Below, one piece after another: positions 8,359-18,100 of a DNA stretch of 64,000 nt. The DNA comes from Parvicellaceae bacterium (GTDB lineage: Bacteria; Bacteroidota; Bacteroidia; Flavobacteriales_D; JAUILH01), in assembly GCA_965230535.1 (NCBI GenBank), contig OZ246010.1:2202792-2266791 (forward strand), written 5' to 3'. Numbering within the stretch: position 1 is the stretch's first letter; every line of letters begins with the position of its first letter. A program made the translations under genes and the position numbers. Under the pieces are notes generated by a model. It did not search any database. It was not told the DNA's origin and was given only the letters and a program-made list of their open reading frames with translations.

Positions 8359-9165
8359 CTAAAAGCTCATTTCTCCGTCCTTAGACTTTTTCTTTTTGGG
8401 CTTTTTACTGCCTTTTTTCTGACGTTTTTTGCTTCCCAAATCAGTGAAGGGATTTTCTCCTGGCCTTACCTTTCTTGGATATAGGGCCAGGTTAGGCGCC
8501 TCTTGTCTTTTTTTGTTCGCCTTGTCCAGTTTTCTTCTGTTGGTTTTAAACTGGGGATTGTTGTTCTTAACTTTTTCCTTCTTTACGCGCTTATCACCCT
8601 TCTTTCTTCTGTGTTTTTTTCGGTCGTCGTGCTTATCTCTTTTGGCTCGTTTTTGTTTTTTGTCTTTGAATTTGTAGCGACCCTTTCCTTTGTTTTTACC
8701 CTTGTTGCCGCCATATTTTCCGCTAAACGGGTCTTTATTTTTACCTGAGTTTTTCTGCCTTTTCCCCCCGGCCGCAAAAGGGTCTTTCTTGCTGTATTTT
8801 GGTTTTTTTCCAGCCTTATAACTGAACAAATCCGATTTAGATTTGGCCTTTTTTCTTCGGGTTTTATCGCGGTAAGTAAAGCTATCTGGTTTAGACTTAT
8901 GTCTTTTGGTTTTTTGTTTTTGAGTGAATGAATCTCCTTGTCGTTTGCGCCTTGTGCTCTTAGACTTACTTCTAAAGGTATCGCCGGTTTTGGTAGATTT
9001 TTTTCTGGCAGGTTTGTAGCTAAAAGAACCCGATAAGGACTTTTTGCTTTTCTTTTTGGACTTGGAATTGAAGGTTTTCTTACCGTCGTTTACGTTCCCT
9101 CCTTTTTGAGCACTAGCCGAAATGCAGAATAAGGAAATGAGTAATATGAGTAGAAATGCCTTCAT
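8359..9165 (-). CDS. hyper-basic Lys/Arg-rich repeat protein with signal peptide
   Basis: MKAFLLILLISLFCISASAQ signal peptide from the ATG at 9163-9165. The rest is a K/R-rich low-complexity sequence punctuated by recurring D-x-F-x-x-K units (GSFSYK, DTFRSK, DSFTQK, DSFTYR, DLFSYK, DPFAAG, DPFSGK, NPFTDL). Confidence 0.6.
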   Translation of the reverse strand: MKAFLLILLISLFCISASAQKGGNVNDGKKTFNSKSKKKSKKSLSGSFSYKPARKKSTKTGDTFRSKSKSTRRKRQGDSFTQKQKTKRHKSKPDSFTYRDKTRRKKAKSKSDLFSYKAGKKPKYSKKDPFAAGGKRQKNSGKNKDPFSGKYGGNKGKNKGKGRYKFKDKKQKRAKRDKHDDRKKHRRKKGDKRVKKEKVKNNNPQFKTNRRKLDKANKKRQEAPNLALYPRKVRPGENPFTDLGSKKRQKKGSKKPKKKKSKDGEMSF

Positions 9166-9210
9166 GTTCACTAGTAAATATACGGCAAATGGGAAAAATG
9201 GATTCAAGAA

Positions 9211-9242
9211 GCAAAAAAGGCGTTCATGGTTGAACGCCTTTT
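9211..9242 (-). terminator. rho-independent terminator downstream of the ferritin gene
   Basis: Perfect 10-bp stem AAGGCGTTCA (9217-9226) / TGAACGCCTT (9231-9240) with a 4-nt loop, followed on the minus strand by a T-run. Confidence 0.6.
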
Positions 9243-9267
9243 AAATTCTTTTTTGGAAAACAGTTTC

Positions 9268-9786
9268 CTATGCTGTCTGATCAGGAGCAGCTACAGTGAT
9301 GTTCATTTGCTCTAGGTCTCTGTCGAACAAGTACAAGCCTCCTTTATCATTGCCAATCATGTTGATTTTATCCATAATGGTTCTTGCCAACGCTTCTTCT
9401 TCAATCTGCTCTGATACATACCACTGCATAAAGTTGTGTGTAGTGTAGTCTTTCTCCATCAGACAAACATGCACCACTTCATTGATGGACTCTGTTACCA
9501 TTTCCTCATGATCCAGTAAGTTCTGAAAAACCTGCTTCAAAGATTTAAAAGATGCTGGTGGTTTAGACAATGCCGGAATAATGGCTTTTCCGCCTCTTTC
9601 GTTCACAAACTTAACCAGCTTTAGCATGTGCATTCTTTCTTCATCAGAATGATCATATAAAAACTGTGCAGTTCCATTCAGTCCTTCTGATTCTGCCCAT
9701 GAAGCCATGGCCAGATAAAACTGAGATGACTCTGCTTCTTTCTTAATTTGATCGTTAAGTGCTTTTTCTATTTTCTTCTTTAGCAT
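9268..9786 (-). CDS. ftnA: non-heme ferritin
   Basis: Ferritin-like di-iron motifs: ESSQFYLAMASWAE, HSDEERMHMLKLVKFVNERGG and NFMQWYVSEQIEEE. Confidence 0.9.
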   Translation of the reverse strand: MLKKKIEKALNDQIKKEAESSQFYLAMASWAESEGLNGTAQFLYDHSDEERMHMLKLVKFVNERGGKAIIPALSKPPASFKSLKQVFQNLLDHEEMVTESINEVVHVCLMEKDYTTHNFMQWYVSEQIEEEALARTIMDKINMIGNDKGGLYLFDRDLEQMNITVAAPDQTA

Positions 9787-9803
9787 AGCTGGTTTGTTTT
9801 AGT

Positions 9804-9811
9804 CAAAATTA
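9804..9811 (-). promoter_or_regulatory. Bacteroidota-type -7 promoter box (TAnnTTTG) upstream of the ferritin gene
   Basis: The minus strand reads TAATTTTG, a perfect TAnnTTTG, ending 17 nt upstream of the ferritin ATG. I could not locate a clear -33 TTG. Confidence 0.35.
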
Positions 9812-9924
9812 CGTAGATATTGTGGAAGAATGAAAAACAGGCCTCAATTCTTACTTAGTCTAAATTAGCTTTCTTATTGTATAAAACACCTAAAAGAGGG
9901 AAAAGGTTCCCGATAAAAGAGAGC

Positions 9925-11883
9925 TTACTTAAACGGGTTTTGTCTGAGCATAGTGACAATGCCTTTTTCTTCAAAAGCTTCACCATCAAAACCGGTTGCT
10001 TTAATCACATAAAAATAGGTTCCGTCTGTTACTCTTTGACCAGCAGGAGCAGTTCGTCCATCCCACCAACCTTCCGGACCATGCCATTCGTATACAAGGG
10101 CGCCATATCTGTTAAAAATCTGTCCATGAAGCTGAGTAATTCCAATGGCCGTTGGTTTAAATACATCATTGATTCCATCTCCATTTGGTGTAAACACATT
10201 TGGAACTGTTAATCCTGGTTCTCCTATAATTTCTATAACCACACTTGCGGTATCTGTACAATTTCCGTCACTCACCGTCAAAATGGCTGTAAACGTGCCT
10301 GCTGTGTTGTAAACATAACTTGGACTAACATCCGTAGAGCTTCCCGAATCACCAAAATCCCATGAATAATTCGTTGCACCAATACTCGCATCAGTGAAAT
10401 CGACAGTCACAGGAATAAACCCGGTAACCGGATTTGCAGAGAAATTTGCCACAGGCGTCCCGGGGCCACTTAGCGTTACCTGAGAACTTGTCACACATCC
10501 ATCATCATCTACCAAAACAATGTTGTAGACCCCAACCCCAAGATTTGGAAACGAATCTGTCGGGAATAAGATTTGCCCGTTGTCAATGCTATACTGAATT
10601 GGTCCGGATTGTGACAAAGCGTTAATCACAATGCTTCCGTCTGTGCTGGTTGGGCAAGTTGGCTGAATAACATCTATACTCACAATGGTTGGTCCTCCGC
10701 CCGAATTGATTACAACCGATCCACTGTCTGTACATCCATTGGCATCCTGAACGTAATAATAGTAGGTTCCCGGAGCAATTCCCGGATAACTTGAAGCGCT
10801 CGTATAGGTTGCTCCGCTGTCTATCGAGTACATATATGCCGGAGAACCTCCTGTTGGGTTAAAGCTAAGAGATGCGTTTCCTCCAACACATGTTTCATCT
10901 AAAGACACCGGATTAGCTATCAAAGGGTCTGGTTCTACCATAACTATGCTGGCGCCTACCGGACAACCATTGACGTCTTCTACCACCACATCATAGGTTC
11001 CCGGTCCTAAACCGGTAAATGTATTGTTTGCCTGAAAGTTCTGGCCTCCGTCATTTGAATAGGTAATGGGCTGACTTCCAAAGGCCATAACGGTTATGGA
11101 CCCATCGTTTCCTCCATTACAGAACGGGTTGATGAAGTTAAGTGTAATGATATCCGGACCAAATCCGGTTGCGCTGTTCACAAAAATGGTATTGGTGTCT
11201 GTACAACCTGCTCCATCAATAACAACGCCCGTGTATACCCCGGCTGCTTGCGAACCAAAAAAGTTAGGAGCCTGATATCCTGCTCCACCGTCTATACTAT
11301 ACATATAGCTGCCATCACCACCAACTGCGTTGATAGTGATGTCTCCATCACTTGCCGGACAAGAAGCATCTGTTGTGACGCTTGTAAACGTCAGTTCTGT
11401 TGGTTCGTTGATGGTGAAGGTGGTAGTATCCACACAAAAAGTCGTATCCATAATTACCAGCGTGTAATTGCCGGCCGCTAAGTCTAAAAAGTTGCCATTA
11501 TCCTGAATGGTGTCTCCTACCAGTTCGAAGGTAAGAGGTCCGGTACCAGTCGCAGTTACTGTAAGCGACCCATCGGTAAAGCCAAAACACGTGGCGTCCG
11601 TTGTAGCAAAGCTATTTTGAGTAATTCCCCCTGTTCCGTAAAGAGTATAATGCAAAGTGTCGGTAAAGCCTGTGGCGTTTTCAGCAATTAGAGTGTACTG
11701 ACCTGGTGCCAGGTTAGAAAAAGTAGAATCTGTCTGGTAGGTTTGTCCGCTATCGGCTGAAAACATAAAGCCTGTTCCACCAGAAGCATTGATTGTGATG
11801 CTTCCATCTGATGCACCACAAGTTGGTGTGGTTACATCAATACTATCTATGGTAATAACTTGTCCAAACGACTGTACAGACAA
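9925..11883 (-). CDS. large surface protein: SprB-type repeats + PKD domain + T9SS type B (CHU_C) C-terminal sorting domain
   Basis: Repeated C-x-G/A-x-DGSI-x-I-x-A-x-GG units and a PKD signature (VDFTDAS...YSWDFGD). The C-terminus is VPNVFTPNGDGINDVFKP...WDGRT...GTYFYVIKA. The 5' end is uncertain: the track starts at a TTG inside an apparent signal peptide (see findings). Confidence 0.85.
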   Translation of the reverse strand: MSVQSFGQVITIDSIDVTTPTCGASDGSITINASGGTGFMFSADSGQTYQTDSTFSNLAPGQYTLIAENATGFTDTLHYTLYGTGGITQNSFATTDATCFGFTDGSLTVTATGTGPLTFELVGDTIQDNGNFLDLAAGNYTLVIMDTTFCVDTTTFTINEPTELTFTSVTTDASCPASDGDITINAVGGDGSYMYSIDGGAGYQAPNFFGSQAAGVYTGVVIDGAGCTDTNTIFVNSATGFGPDIITLNFINPFCNGGNDGSITVMAFGSQPITYSNDGGQNFQANNTFTGLGPGTYDVVVEDVNGCPVGASIVMVEPDPLIANPVSLDETCVGGNASLSFNPTGGSPAYMYSIDSGATYTSASSYPGIAPGTYYYYVQDANGCTDSGSVVINSGGGPTIVSIDVIQPTCPTSTDGSIVINALSQSGPIQYSIDNGQILFPTDSFPNLGVGVYNIVLVDDDGCVTSSQVTLSGPGTPVANFSANPVTGFIPVTVDFTDASIGATNYSWDFGDSGSSTDVSPSYVYNTAGTFTAILTVSDGNCTDTASVVIEIIGEPGLTVPNVFTPNGDGINDVFKPTAIGITQLHGQIFNRYGALVYEWHGPEGWWDGRTAPAGQRVTDGTYFYVIKATGFDGEAFEEKGIVTMLRQNPFK

Positions 11884-12135
11884 GAATACAAGTAGAATAG
11901 CAGCAATATGTTTAAAACAGTAAGTAATGGGTCTTTCTTTATACTTGTATGACGCTTTAAGTCAGCAACACGTTGCTTATACTGTTTGGCGCATAAAATG
12001 TTCCAATTTTACTCAAAAATATTGGTTTGTGCGATCATTTGATATGAGGATACACGAACTTTCCGACAAGACATTGTTATGAAGTATCATTTTCTTAACA
12101 TTTTGAGACTGTCATATTCGTAATTTAGTGATACA

Positions 12136-14289
12136 ATGGGAAGAAAACACGGGAAAAAGAAGAACCCAAAAAAGAATAAAGTTTTAAGACAGCTCACCGG
12201 ACCGGTTTTAGCCGTATTTGAGAACAGTCCGAAACGGTCTTTTAACTACAAGCAAATAGCCGCCATATTTAAGGTTTCTGATGCGCCTACCAGGCAAGCT
12301 ATTATCGAGATTTTGGCCGTTCAGAAAGCCAAGGGGCGCCTTAAAGAGATTTCTCCGGGTAAGTTTGCCATCGCTAAAATGGACAAGGTTGTTGAAGGCA
12401 GGATAGAAATTACCCGAAGAGGGTCGGGATATGTGGTGAACGATACAATGGATGATATTTTTATTCATCCGAGCAAAACCGGTGGCGCTTTTAACGGAGA
12501 CACAGTGGCCGTAACTGTCTTTAAAAAAGGACGTGGTGCAAAGCTGGAAGGTAAAGTAATAGAAGTTGTTGAGAGGGTTAGAAAGCAGTATGTTGGAACT
12601 TTTAAGGCCAATAAAGATTTTGGTTTTGTAGTGTGCGATGACAAATTTATGCACGTGGATTTTTATATCCCCTACAACATGACAGGCGGTGCCAAAGACG
12701 GCGAAAAAGTGGTGGTGAAACTCATCTCCTGGGAAGAACAAGATGATAGCCCAAGAGGAGAGGTGGTTGAGGTTTTAGGTGAAGCCGGAGCACATCATAC
12801 AGAAATGCATGCAATTTTGGCTGCTTACGGGCTTCCGTCTAAGTTTCCGGATTCTGTGGAACAAGCTGCTGAAAACATTCGGGTAGAGATTAATGAAGAT
12901 GATTTAAAGGACAGAGAAGACATTAGGGATTTGCTAACCTTTACCATTGACCCGGAAGATGCCAAGGATTTTGATGATGCATTGTCGCTTAAAAAACTGG
13001 AAAATGGCAACTACGAAATTGGTGTACACATTGCAGACGTATCTCACTATGTAAAACCAGGTGATTTAATTGACCAGGAAGCTTTTTCCAGGGCCACTTC
13101 CGTTTATCTGGTAGATCGGGTAGTTCCTATGCTGCCGGAAAAACTCTCGAATGGTGTATGCTCTTTGAGACCAAATGAAGATAAACTTTGCTATTCTGTG
13201 TTTTTTGAGATGACGGAAAAGGCATCTGTGGTGAATCATAGAATTGTGAAAACCGCCATTCATTCTGACCGCAGGTTTACTTACGAAGAAGCTCAGGAAA
13301 GAATTGAAACTAAAGAAGGTGATCTGGCAGAAGAGATTAACCTGATGGACGGCCTGGCAAAAATTTTGAGACGTAACCGCATGAGTTCCGGTGCGCTTGA
13401 AATTGGTGGTGAAGAAGTGAAGTTCCGGTTAGATTCTGATGGTGGCGCCATAGAGGTTTATACCAAGGTTACCAAAGACGCCAATAAGCTAATTGAGGAG
13501 TTTATGTTGTTGGCGAACAAGTATGTGGCCATGGCCGTTGGTAAACCAAAGAAAGGAAATGAACCAAAGCCATTTGTATACCGAGTGCACGAACCACCAG
13601 ATCCGGATAAATTGAGCAGATTAGTTCGTTTTTTAAAGCACATAGGCTACAACATTTCAAATCTGACACCAGAAAACTGCACAACCGAACTGAACAAGTT
13701 GTTTAAGGACATGGAAGACAAGCAGGAAAGCAGTATGATAAAAACTATGGCTATTAGAACCATGTCTAAAGCCGAGTACTCTACGGATAATGTTGGGCAC
13801 TTTGGTTTGGCTTTTAGGTATTACAGTCATTTTACCTCTCCGATTAGACGGTACCCGGATTTGATTATTCACCGTTTGTTGCATCAGTACCTGACCAAAA
13901 AGGGAAAATATAGCCTGGATCTAGAGCATGCCTGCAAGCACACAAGTACTCAGGAAAAGCTGGCAGCGGAGGCCGAAAGGGAGTCTATTAAATACAAACA
14001 GGTTGAATATTTACAAGACAAAGTTGGTTTGGTATTTAAGGGTGTGATATCCGGGTTTAACGACAAAGGCATGTTTGTGGAGCTCACAGAATCTAAGTGC
14101 GAAGGTATGGTACGTTTGAGCGACATTATGGACGATAACTATCGTTTTGACGAATCTTTATACCTGGTAAAAGGACAGAAACATGGCAAAGAATATTTCC
14201 TGGGAGATGAGGTAGATGTTTTGGTAAGACAAACCGATTTACATAGAAAGCAGGTTGACCTAGAGCTGGTAGACGAGAATTTCTTTTAG
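12136..14289 (+). CDS. rnr: ribonuclease R
   Basis: RNB catalytic region (FTIDPEDAKDFDDALS, VYLVDRVVPMLPEKLSNGVCSL, HFGLAFRYYSHFTSPIRRYPDL) and a C-terminal S1 domain. Confidence 0.95.
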   Translation: MGRKHGKKKNPKKNKVLRQLTGPVLAVFENSPKRSFNYKQIAAIFKVSDAPTRQAIIEILAVQKAKGRLKEISPGKFAIAKMDKVVEGRIEITRRGSGYVVNDTMDDIFIHPSKTGGAFNGDTVAVTVFKKGRGAKLEGKVIEVVERVRKQYVGTFKANKDFGFVVCDDKFMHVDFYIPYNMTGGAKDGEKVVVKLISWEEQDDSPRGEVVEVLGEAGAHHTEMHAILAAYGLPSKFPDSVEQAAENIRVEINEDDLKDREDIRDLLTFTIDPEDAKDFDDALSLKKLENGNYEIGVHIADVSHYVKPGDLIDQEAFSRATSVYLVDRVVPMLPEKLSNGVCSLRPNEDKLCYSVFFEMTEKASVVNHRIVKTAIHSDRRFTYEEAQERIETKEGDLAEEINLMDGLAKILRRNRMSSGALEIGGEEVKFRLDSDGGAIEVYTKVTKDANKLIEEFMLLANKYVAMAVGKPKKGNEPKPFVYRVHEPPDPDKLSRLVRFLKHIGYNISNLTPENCTTELNKLFKDMEDKQESSMIKTMAIRTMSKAEYSTDNVGHFGLAFRYYSHFTSPIRRYPDLIIHRLLHQYLTKKGKYSLDLEHACKHTSTQEKLAAEAERESIKYKQVEYLQDKVGLVFKGVISGFNDKGMFVELTESKCEGMVRLSDIMDDNYRFDESLYLVKGQKHGKEYFLGDEVDVLVRQTDLHRKQVDLELVDENFF

Positions 14290-14298
14290 GCAGACAGT

Positions 14299-14437
14299 GG
14301 CACAAGGATAGCAGCGTTAGCCATGCGCAGACGAAACTTACTTAGACTTGCACGAGTAGGCGACCGAAGGGAGCCCGCGGCAGTGTTAGTTTAAGTTGTT
14401 TAGGCAAGAATGCTATAGCGAATAGCCTGGTTGTGCC
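14299..14437. other. GC-rich structured intergenic element (candidate ncRNA, 3' UTR structure or bidirectional terminator)
   Basis: About 52% G+C by hand count, against AT-richer flanks. GGCACAA (14299-14305) pairs with TTGTGCC (14431-14437). Two imperfect direct copies occur at 14299-14322 and 14403-14427. The element lies between convergent rnr and a response-regulator gene. Confidence 0.3.
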
Positions 14438-14445
14438 CGAAAAAG

Positions 14446-15198
14446 CTAGATTAGATTGATACGATTTACCAACTCTTCTTTGTAGGACCCACCTATTGGA
14501 ATGATTTTTTTGTCGTTTTCAAGAATTAAGTTTGGCTGCTCTATAGCCGAAATTTTATCTAAACGCACAATGAATGAACGGTGCACACGGATGAAGTTGT
14601 CTCCCGGCAATTTTCGCTCAATATCTTTCATGGTAGAGTGGATGGTGTATCTGCTGTTTAGCGTATTGATAACCACGTAGTCCTTTAAGGCCTCTACAAA
14701 GTAGATGTCTTCTGTTTTAAGCTTAACCAAACGCGAATTAGATTTAACAAAGATGAAATCTGTATTTTCTTTGTTTTCCACAATGTTGAAAAGCAGATCT
14801 CTTTCTTTTTCCACTTCTTTTTCTTTGCCGTGTTTATACAGGGCCATTTCTATTGAAGTGTGTAAATCTATTTCTTTAAACGGCTTGATGATGTACCCGT
14901 AAGGCTCGGTAATTTTTGCTTTAGCCAGAGTAGATTCATCTGCATAGGCGGTTAGAAATATAACCGGAATACCTTTAATTTCTTTAACACGCGCTGCAGT
15001 ATCGATACCGGTCATATCGCCTTTTAACATGATGTCCATTAAAACGATATCCGGGTTTTCTGAAGCTACCAACTCCAGAGCTTTTTCTCCTGTTGCAGCA
15101 GCTCCAACAACATTATAACCCAATTTTTTGAGACTGTGTTGAATGTCTTTAGAAACGATACTCTCGTCCTCAACTACCAATACATTTGTTTTAGCCAT
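14446..15198 (-). CDS. LytTR-family response regulator (REC + LytTR)
   Basis: REC motifs (VLVVEDES, DIVLMDIMLKGDMTG, IIKPF) and a LytTR domain (IYFVEALKDYVVINT...IRVHRSFIVRL). Overlaps the upstream kinase gene by 8 nt. Confidence 0.9.
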   Translation of the reverse strand: MAKTNVLVVEDESIVSKDIQHSLKKLGYNVVGAAATGEKALELVASENPDIVLMDIMLKGDMTGIDTAARVKEIKGIPVIFLTAYADESTLAKAKITEPYGYIIKPFKEIDLHTSIEMALYKHGKEKEVEKERDLLFNIVENKENTDFIFVKSNSRLVKLKTEDIYFVEALKDYVVINTLNSRYTIHSTMKDIERKLPGDNFIRVHRSFIVRLDKISAIEQPNLILENDKKIIPIGGSYKEELVNRINLI

Positions 15199-18100
15199 GC
15201 GTTTTTTGCTTTTGTCGCGTAAAAGTAATTAAATATTTAGTGCCATTTTCCTGTATCAAGGTCAATTTACCGTCTAATTGCTCGACCAGTGTTACCACTA
15301 ATTGCAAACCAAGGGTATTGGTGTTTTCGTAATCGAAATTTGGTGGCAGACCTATCCCATTGTCAGACACTACCATGGTAATTTCGTCATTTTCTTCGGA
15401 TAAACCAATAAATATGCTGGCTTTTTTCTGGTTTTCCCCATCCATTTCAGGGAAAGCGTATTTGAGCGCATTAGACACTAACTCGTTAACAATGAGCCCA
15501 CAAGGTATGGCCTGATCCAAATCCAAAGAAATTTCACTGATGTCGTACTGCTGATCCAGTTTGCCCGGATTTACCTGATAGGTATATACCAGGTTTTTAG
15601 ACAAATTAAGGATGTATTCTGAGAAGTTAATAGAACTGAACGTTTCTGTTTGGTAGAGGCTTTCGTGGATGAAAGACATAGACTTTATCCTGTTCTGACT
15701 TTCCCTAAGTATGTTTAGTGTGTTTTTGTCCTCAACGTAGGACGACTGAAGATTGAGTATGCTGGAAATTACCTGAAGGTTGTTTTTTACCCTGTGGTGT
15801 ACTTCTTTTAGCAGGATTTCCTTTTCGTATAACGATTCTTTGATCTTCTCTTCTGTATATTTTTTGTCCGTGATTTCGTGGGCAAGACAGGCAATTTCTC
15901 TGATTTCTCCATTCTCAAGAATAATTGGACTGAGGTATAGCTCAAGCCAAAAGTCGTTTTTACGAATGTCTCTTAGTTTTACCTCAAACTGTTGGGTAGT
16001 ACCTCTAAGCGCCCGGTTAAAGTAAGACATGAAATAATCATAATCTTCTGTTGTGAGGTGTTTTTCAACCATAGACAACAAGCTTTCTGTGGCCTCAGGT
16101 TTTTCTCCCAAAAGAAGTTTAGCAGCATTGAAAAAACTGTTGTTGAATGAGATGAAATTCAGGTGTTCATCCACAATCCAGATTAACATGTTTGAGTTGC
16201 TCTCGAATATAGATTTAATGGTAGATGATTGCTCACTTAAAACCCTTTCAACATCTTTTATTTCTGTGATGTCCCGGCTGATACCCATGGATCCAATTTG
16301 CTTGCCTTCTTCGTTTTTGATGATAGAGGCAGACAGAATGGAACTAAACACCTTTCCGCTTTTGTCAACATTCTCTACTTCACCAATAAAACGACCTTTG
16401 TCATTAAGGTGCTTGGCCACATTATCGTAGGTTTCCGGATTCTTGTACAGGCGTTTTGGACTGATGTTGATGATTTCATCAAAGGTATACCCAAATTTAT
16501 CGAGGGCGGCCTGATTAATTTCGCTGATGTTACCTTCGTTGTCTGAGGCCAATATCATATCCAGTGAACTATCGAGTAGGTTCTTAGTAAATCTCTGGTT
16601 TTCTCTAAGCTGTTTTTGAGTACGCATGTGCTCCTCTATCTCGTTTTCTAAGAGCGTGTTTTCTGCCTGAGCTTTAATGAGTTCTTTTTTGGCCGTAATG
16701 TCGTTAAACACAGCCTGAATAGCTTTCTCGCCTTTGTAAGTAATCAAAGACGATCTTGTTTCTACATCAATGATGTTTCCGGAAAGTGTTTTGAGCTTTA
16801 CTTCAATAAATGGCAGTTCGTCTCCACCCAACAATTTGTCTTTTCTTTCGAAGGCATGATCGTGATACTCATCCAGTAAAAATTCGTAGATGGTTCGTCT
16901 GGCCATTTTATCATCCTTGAAGTATTCCTCATAAGATAAAAGCTCGTCAGTTTCTTCCGCATTGATTTGGATGCCGAGTAATTCAAAGGCTTTGTGGTTT
17001 GCGTACTTTATTTGACCGTCTTGATGAATCACAATTCCGTAAGGAGAGCCGTCAATCAAATGTTGATACTCTTCTCTTCTGGTGTTGATGGTTTGTTCGT
17101 AATGTTTTCTGGAAGTAATATCTGTAATAAACCCTTCCAATCCACACGGTTTTCCTTCTTCATCAAAAATGACCTCACACTGTTCCCAAACCCACTTTTC
17201 TTTTCCGGATTTATCTACGATGGGATATTCGAAAACAAAGCGCCTTTTTGTTGAGGCTTCATCCAGGATTTCATCAAATGCAGATCTATAGTCCTCATGA
17301 ATAATGTCGTTAAAAGAAAGTGTCTTATTACCAATGATGTCTTCTGGTTGATAACCGGTTAGTTCGACACAACCATCACTCATATACTCCATGGTCCAGT
17401 TTTCATCGATTTTGCACCTGTAGGCCATTCCCGGAAGTTTACCAAGTAAGGTTGCCAGCGCATGTTCACTTTCCATAAGCGCCTCACCGGTTTCTTTAAG
17501 CTCGGTAATATCTATCAACGTTCCTTCAATCAGCTGCCAGTCTTCATTTAAATTGGCATTGATGAGACACCAAATTGGTTCGCCGTTTTTGCGTTTCAAA
17601 CACACTTCATAGTTGGTAATTGCCTTTTTCTTTTTAAGCTCACTTACCAGTTTTATCTGGTCTTCACGCTTGTAGTAAAGGTCTTTTACCATCACACTCT
17701 TAATGTCCCGAATGTTGTCGTAGCCAAGCAAATTCACCAAAGAAATGTTACAATCGATTACCTTGTCTTTAGGCGATACTCTAAACACACCCGCCATGTT
17801 GCGCTCAACCAACCCTCTGTACCTTTTTTCGGAAATTCTCAATGCTTCTTCTGCAAATTTCTTCTGCGTCACATCTCGCATGATTCCGAACTTGGCCATG
17901 ATTTTACCATCCTCAACTTTAGGATAAATGTTTTCTTCTATCCAATGATAGTTCAGTGTTTTCTGATTTCTAAGACGGTAGGTTATGGAAATGGGTTTTT
18001 GTTTCTCAATAATCACCTTAATCATGGCAATGACATTATCCAAATCTTCCGGATGAACAAAGCTTGCAAGTCCTTCGGAACGAGATTTCTCCTCATACTC

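Noticed and set aside
8429-8777. Three track ORFs (8429-8677 +, 8503-8748 +, 8583-8777 -) inside the Lys-rich gene.
   Set aside because: They are alternative or mirror frames of an AAG/AAA-rich low-complexity sequence (poly-F/L/S translations). Only the minus frame with a signal peptide and a coherent repeat motif is plausible.
12208-12741. A 177-aa antisense ORF inside rnr.
   Set aside because: rnr has unambiguous RNase R motifs across this region. The antisense product has no recognisable features.
14290-14445. I considered whether the GC-rich element is SRP (4.5S) RNA, 6S RNA or a tmRNA fragment.
   Set aside because: I could not find the conserved SRP domain IV pattern (GGAA...AGCAGCC-type symmetric loop). 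Length and sequence do not fit 6S or tmRNA. It is kept only as an unclassified structured element.
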